From Magallana gigas (lineage: Eukaryota): 64,000 bases of DNA. The notes below the pieces were generated by a model. It saw only the letters and a program-made list of their open reading frames with translations. It made no database searches and was not told where the DNA came from. The first letter of the stretch is position 1. Each line of letters opens with the position of its first letter. The stretch covers positions 59,024,001 to 59,088,000 of the forward strand of contig NC_088854.1 of the NCBI RefSeq assembly GCF_963853765.1, given 5' to 3'. Below are positions 59,201-64,000 of the stretch, in pieces. A program made the translations under genes and the position numbers.

Positions 59201-62200
59201 TTTCTGTCTCTGTCGCCTCCAGAAGCTTCGTCTGGCCACCAGTTCTTCCTCCAGCATGGCTAGAGCTCCTGGGGGTGGCTTCTTCTTCCTGGGGCCGCCA
59301 GAGGACATAGTGACAGGGATGGCCAGGCCTGTCTCTGGGTTACTACGGATACCAATCACAGGGCTGATTTCTCCTGTCACAGGGTCTAGAGCCTTCTTAC
59401 CAATACTGATTGGAACCAAGCCTGACAAACAATGGCCACATTTTAAAAGGGCATGTTTATATCACATAAATGTATTAAAAAAAGATGAGTACTGTGCATT
59501 TTTCTAAATGAATTGAAATTTACATATATATCTATGTCATATACGTTATTAATAGTTTTCATAATCTGTATGATAGATTTTTGCTGCATAAAAACTTCAA
59601 TTTCAATTGACGTTCACTTAAGAAGTGTTCACAAATAAATTACTGTATACTGAACAAATCTCCATCATTTCATTGATTTTGATTCTCACCAGCTCCTTCA
59701 GGGTCCTCCATGGTTCCGGCCAGTGGTCTGACATTGCCGGTCTTCTTATCTTTGTCTGCCCCGAGGATGGGCACCTGTTGTTCTGTGCCTGATGGATCCA
59801 GCATTGTTGTGCCCACCAAGATGGGTAACAACTGTCCAGTCTTGAAAAACTCGTACATTCCTGTTGGAAAAATTCAATGACTGTAGACCGAGCCCACTTA
59901 ATAGGTAATTCACATTTCCAAATTAACTGTAGCAGGATAGAATGTAAAAGTTTACTGTATATGGAGTTAATTTTGCCCAATATCATTTCCATTATGCCTT
60001 CACTAGTTTAATGAATACAAAACATTCTAATCCAAAGATCTATTAAAATAAAACAGAAAACAAATGTCTAGTTGAACTTAAAATGAAGTAAAATCATTAA
60101 CAAATGTGATTGGATGAAATAACATGAGACACGGTATGTTGATTATCTGTACCAGTGCCAATCATGTTTTGTTAAGGCACGGTATGTTGTTGATTATCTG
60201 TACCAGTGCCAATCATGTTTTATTAAGGCGAGTGTCTGTACCTGGACATCCTCCGGTGGCAGCCAGAATGGACGACCGATCGAGTCTACGCTCAACATCA
60301 TGCTGAGTCCTCAGTAGGTAGGCCTTCATTCTTGAGCGAGCTTTCTCAAGCTCTTTCATTGCAGCCTCCAAGCCGCTCAACTCATGTCTCACATTTACAT
60401 TGGTTCCTGTCGAGTCTGCAAACGAATAAACGCCATTAGTGAACTCCTAGACAGCTTCATTGATTGAAGGAATAAATTCCACAGCTACCAAATTGATACC
60501 AATATAAACTGAGTAGGGGCAGTTAACTCTTTATACACTGCAAAAGCAACATTCTTTATACCATATAAATTAGGCAAAATTCTTTATATGATATAAACTA
60601 ATTTTTAAGCCAATCAAATAATATGTTACAACCAAAGTCAAATAATATTCCATTATTTAACTTAGAGCTGCAATGGTCTTACCGCCCACTGCATCTTTGA
60701 GTTCTCTGAGCGTGTCAATGACTCTTGCCTCACATGCAAGCACGCTAGAGTCCAGCAGGGCCTGGAATCCTCCACCAGATGGCAACACATTGGCCTCGAT
60801 TAAATAACCACTCTGAACTCTGACCAATCGACCACTGAGAGGCTCCACGAAAGTGTCGCCAGGAATTATGGGAAGGTTGTGTCTGCTGCCTGGTTTTGTT
60901 CCTCCAATTGGCACAATGTCTCCTGAAAATTGAAGAAAGATCATTTCATAAGTAAAAATCCAATCAATTCTGATATTGAACATTCCACTGAGCGTTTCGC
61001 AAAGTATTTTGAATCTTATGAATAAAATAAATTAATGTCCATGGATGAATATTGCTGTAAAGTTAAAATTCTAGTAATTGCTGCCTAAATGACTCAGTGT
61101 TCAGACTTATACAAAGCTCAAAAACATTTTTCATTGACCTAATTTTCATCACCTATCCCCACAATATCTCCATCATGTTCTGTACCAATAAGTAAAGACT
61201 GACCTGTCTCTGGGTCTAGGGTCACAGCCAGGATAGGGACAGGCTGTTCACTGTTAGGGTCCACCATCAGGGAGCCCACCTCTATGGGGGTCGGCATGCC
61301 TGTGACCGGGTCTATGTGGGTACCCCCGATAGGGAGGAGAGCCCCGGTCTGGGGGTGCATGGTCACGCCCATTATTGGTACGTGAAGTCCCGTCACTGGG
61401 TCGTTCATTGGCGCTCCGTATCTCAGGTCACTCTTGTGCTCCAGTGGGCGGAGCTTGGTTTTGATTGGCTGGTTGTTTTGTGGGTGGACGGGGTATGGTA
61501 CAAATGGAATGAAGGGCTCGTCTGCTCTTGCTGCTTCTCCTTTAAAAAGTTTAAAATTTAGTGTTATAAAGGAGAGTTTTAATGAGGAATACCATAAAAT
61601 GACTTAAAATACCCATGATTTCTAAAACTGTTTATTGTCAAAGAACTTGTTATTAGACAGGGCAGATCTTAATAATCATATTAATCAAAATTATCTGTGA
61701 CTGTGAAAATAAATTATTATTTATTATCATTATTCATTAAACTATTTTTGTATCGGGTATTAATAAACTTAAGAGTTGGTCTAAAGCATAAACACTGAAT
61801 GCAGAAATAACTAACAAACAGCTACTCACCTGTAGCAGAGTCTGAGACAAAGACCAGTCTGGAGGTGACGGGGTCAAAGGCCACGTTACCCTGGATGGGC
61901 AGCACGTGTCCTGTCTGTGGATGGACAAAGTGGTCAGCGGGCACATCCGCCAGCGTACCATTGGCCAGGATCATCTTGACTCCAGATTTGGGTCGAATGA
62001 GTCCAGAGTTGGCCTCCTGACTGACCAGATCCGAGGCTTTGACGCTCATGTCTGGACCAATCAGATCCTCTCGTTTGAGTGGCACATTCTTTCCGGATTT
62101 GACCAGCTGACCTCCAGTTCCCTGACCAAGTACACCGTAAGCCCCAATTCTCTGACATTCCTGTGTGATTTCGCTGGACATCTTCTGTAATAAGAGGGAC

Positions 62201-63817
62201 ACTCTTGTACCCACCGAGCGGTGAGCACCCATGTCAAATTCTCCATTCCTGGTCAGTTTACCCTGCTGTAAATTCTCTACATGCTCTGTCAAGTTTCTAG
62301 CCGCTTCTCTCAAAGAAGATTGGTAGGCAACCTAAAAAATCCGAACAATTTATAAATTTCTCCTTAGTATTATTGAAAAATAGTAATGTTGCTTAGTTCC
62401 TACTATTGGAAGACAAGCAGTGAATTTTTACCTGATGTTTCTCTCTGCCTTGTTCATCTTCCATCATCAGTTCTTTCTGTTTGTTCAAAATAGCTTCAAA
62501 CCTGCGACCAATGTCTCTTCTTCGTTCCAGCTCAATCTCCAAGGCTTCTAGTTTGTTTTCATAACTAACAAGATCCTCATCAGTAGCCAATGAGGCTTTC
62601 CCTTTCAGGTTCATCTTGGCAGCCCAAAGACCTTTGAGAGACTCTGCCTGATTGGCTATTCTGTTGTACATTTGTTTGGTCTGCAAATAGTAAAGAATTA
62701 ATGACATTTTATTCAATAAAAGTATGCGTTTGTGAAAAAAATATCAAAATGAAGAAAAATCTTAAAATAGCAAAATTTAAAAAAATGCAATGCCAAATTT
62801 TTATAAATATGCTGAAAGGCTCTTACCTCATCCTTATGTTTGCCAATGGTGTTTGTGACTGCACGTGATTGTTTGGAGAGGGTGTCATACAAGGTGCGAG
62901 AATTAAACGCCTCTAGGTCCACCTGTTTGTCGTAATCCCAGAATTCATCATCCTTTGTCTCTATTGTATTAGCTGTAGGAAAAATCAGACAATTCAGGTT
63001 TTTTTAACTCTCTTCAGGAGAAAATACAATAAATTTGTATTATAATAAAGACTGTTGTTCAAATTCTTAATTATTTCATGCAATATGATGAAACATGAGG
63101 AATCTAATACCATCCAGTATCCCGCCGAGATCTGAGTCGCTGTCACTTCTCCCCGAGGTGATGGCCTGCATGTTTCTGTGGTATTTTTTGGCGGGTCGAA
63201 CCGTCGAACCTTTGCTGGAGTAGTCATCAAAGTTGTAGAGACGGGTCATAGCGCGGTAGAACGGGATCAGGTAGGACGTCTTGGACCAGCCGTACTTCCT
63301 GAACAACACCTGTACACAAACAAACATTGTTTACCTGTGAACATTGTTTACCTGGTGATCTAAAGATGTGGCAAGGTAATGATTATCAAGTTAATAAAGT
63401 TTCAACCAAATTCATTGACAGTAAATATACCTAGGAACCTCAGAATCAAATTTGAATATATGTACATGTAACTCAAAAAAAAATCTATGATGGTTGATGT
63501 TCTGCACAACTTATTGTACTTGTAATTTATAGTAATAGCTGTAATGGCTGCAAATCAAAGGTTTTTTACTTGTATAATTTAACTCTGACGAAAATTTTCC
63601 CTTGAAGCTTGCCTAATTCTTCACTTACCAGGGCTAACAACATAAGGACCATGGCCATGAAGGCTGTTCCCAGCAGGATGAAGATGATCTCCCAGTCTGG
63701 AGTCTTCAGGATGTCTGATGCCACGGAGATTCCGTTCTGTATGATGTATCCGGAGGTAGGTGGGAAGAATGGACCATTCTCTGCACACTGGGCCCCACTA
63801 GCCATCACTCGAATGTA
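50252..63817 (-). CDS. 3' part (25 exons, about 2,420 codons) of a very large single-pass membrane protein with DPxTG repeats and a long Glu/Lys/Gln coiled coil; the 5' part lies beyond the window. Resembles, from recall only, the GCC2_GCC3/ephrin-receptor-like-repeat giant proteins
   Basis: Phase-consistent GT-AG exons (descending): 63817-63629 (TM: IIFILLGTAFMAMVLMLLAL), 63309-63111, 62972-62827, 62680-62432, 62331-61830, 61539-61204, 60922-60683, 60415-60242, 59860-59690, 59421-58698, 58377-58041, 57913-57456, 57323-56843, 56543-56295, 55829-55596, 55191-55015, 54780-54625, 54303-54118, 54027-53941, 53841-53513, 53335-52737, 52390-51999, 51747-51562, 50932-50657, 50446-50252 (stop TAG). 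Confidence 0.9.
60130..60228. repeat. Two-copy intronic tandem duplication (about 50 bp)
   Basis: CACGGTATGTTG...ATTATCTGTACCAGTGCCAATCATGTTTT occurs twice. Confidence 0.85.
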
Positions 63818-64000
63818 CTGCAGAAATACAACATACATGTATGTATACTCTATAGCTCAATGTCAATTAAATACTGGGCTTGTCTGTTCTTGGAATTTGC
63901 ATGAATGACCTTGACTTTTCCAATGACAAATGACCTTGCACACCTGCATTGGCCTTGTTAGTAAAGAAAAGTTTACTGTGTTAGATAAGTTTCAATAATT

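Noticed and set aside
50223-62246. Many plus-strand and alternative-frame ORFs over the giant gene
   Set aside because: Antisense or shifted shadows of GC-richer coiled-coil exons.

Overview
AT-rich, intron-containing animal DNA; gene content and repeat style suggest a bivalve, probably an oyster (inference). Left to right: (1) a complete 13-exon GH37 trehalase on + (3356-10927, about 595 aa, signal peptide and hydrophobic C-tail); (2) a decayed HERO-like RLE non-LTR retrotransposon (about 11.9-14.6 kb); (3) a tandem array of seven six-exon dermatopontin / hemagglutinin-amebocyte-aggregation-factor-like genes on +, in four sequence types ordered A, B1, C1, D1 (pseudogene), B2, C2, D2. The B-C-D trio was duplicated as an ~9 kb unit (17703-41068 and 41069-50054). 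The first copy was then inflated to 23.4 kb by insertions, including a young, internally deleted Ty3/Gypsy LTR element (35686-40356), a 4.56 kb TIR element, a 1.4 kb TTAA element and a 2 x 1.7 kb tandem dimer; (4) the 3' 25 exons (about 2,420 codons) of a very large single-pass membrane protein with a long coiled-coil tail on - (50252 to beyond 63817). Most notable: every array member keeps a terminal mini-exon ending Ile-Gly, Ile-Gly-Lys or Ile-Gly-Lys-Arg (amidation-like signal); exon 4 is homogenised between neighbouring paralogue types; replacements cluster at one loop residue; a trehalase last-exon relic sits inside the array; the Gypsy deletion fuses protease to half of a C2H2 finger; and the giant protein has a degenerate zincin-like motif. 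All exon calls and counts were made by hand and no database search was run.
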